Shown: in pieces, positions 63,200-64,000 of the stretch | Layout: every line of letters begins with the position of its first letter | Position numbering within the stretch: position 1 is the first letter of the stretch | NCBI RefSeq assembly: GCF_009914755.1 | Contig: NC_060936.1 | Length of the DNA stretch: 64,000 bases | Reading direction: 5' to 3' (one strand) | Source of the DNA: the human T2T-CHM13v2.0 reference genome, Homo sapiens | The notes under the pieces: model-generated | What the model was told of the DNA's origin: nothing | The model's database searches: none | Seen by the model: only the letters and a program-made list of their open reading frames with translations | Program-made: the position numbers and the translations under genes

Positions 63200-64000
63200 A
63201 TTTTTTTTCAATAATTTATTTTTTTTTCAACTTTTATTTTAAATTTAGGGGTACATGGTTACATAGGTAAACATGTGCCATGGTGATTTGCTGCACAGAT
63301 TATCCTATCATGTACGTTTTAAGTCCAGCATCCATTACCTATTTTTCCTCATGCTTTCCCTCCCCTGACCTCCCCGACCCCATCCCCTCACAACAGGCCC
63401 CAGTGGGTGTTGTTCCCCCTCATGCGTCCATAGGTTCTCATCATTCAGATACCACATGTAAGTGAGAATATGTGGAATTTACTTTTCTGTTTTTGTGTAA
63501 CTTTGTTGAGGATAATGGCTTCCAACTTCATCTATGTCCACGCAAAGGACATAGACTCATTCCTTTTTATGGCTGCATAGTATTCCATGGTGTTTATGTA
63601 CTACATTTCTTTATGTACCACATTTTCTTTATGTAGCTCTCTACTTACCTGCTGTTGGTATATAGGTGTGCTAGTGACTTTTTTCACATTGATTTTGTAT
63701 CCTGAGATTGCTGAAGTTGCTAATCAGCTTAAGAAGCTTTTAGGCTGAGATGATGAGGTTTTTGAGATATAGGATCACGTAATCTGCAAAGACAATTTGA
63801 CTTCTTCTGTTCCTATTTGAATGCCCTTTATTTCTTTATCTTGAGTAATTGCCCTGTCCAGAACTTCCAATACTATGTTGAATAGGAGTGGTGAGAGAGG
63901 GCATCCTTGTCTGGTGCTGGGTTTCAAGGGAAATGCTTCCAGCTTTTACCTATTCAGTATGATGTAGGCTGTGGGTTTGTCATATATGGCTCATATTATT
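63200..64000 (-). mobile_element. L1PA13-16-like element with an internal deletion of about 1.4 kb, running off the window
   Basis: T-tail and 3'UTR to about 63630, then an abrupt jump to RT-region ORF2 sequence. Confidence 0.88.

Overview
AT-rich primate nuclear DNA, most likely human or another hominoid (AluY plus a short-5'UTR L1PA2/L1PA3 element). I recognise no host protein-coding gene, RNA gene or CpG island, so it looks like a gene desert or a large intron. A large part of the window is transposable elements: a full-length inactivated L1PA2/3 (27670-33744, minus), a complete MER4A1/MER4-int ERV1 provirus (42139-51319), two 5'-inverted L1s, seven Alus, several MLT and ERV1 solo LTRs, DNA-transposon MITEs, and old L1M/L2/L3/MIR relics, with several nested insertions. 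The only meaningful ORFs are L1-derived. I found no convincing novel gene system. The most unusual signal is a set of local templated-duplication and fold-back scars (8.9/10.0 kb, 12.2 kb, 25.6 kb, 45.4 kb, 62-63 kb) and a rearranged L1 block at 58-64 kb. The young L1 also carries a probable short 3' transduction and an ORF2 one stop codon short of full length. Subfamily names come from my recall of consensus sequences and need RepeatMasker/Dfam confirmation.
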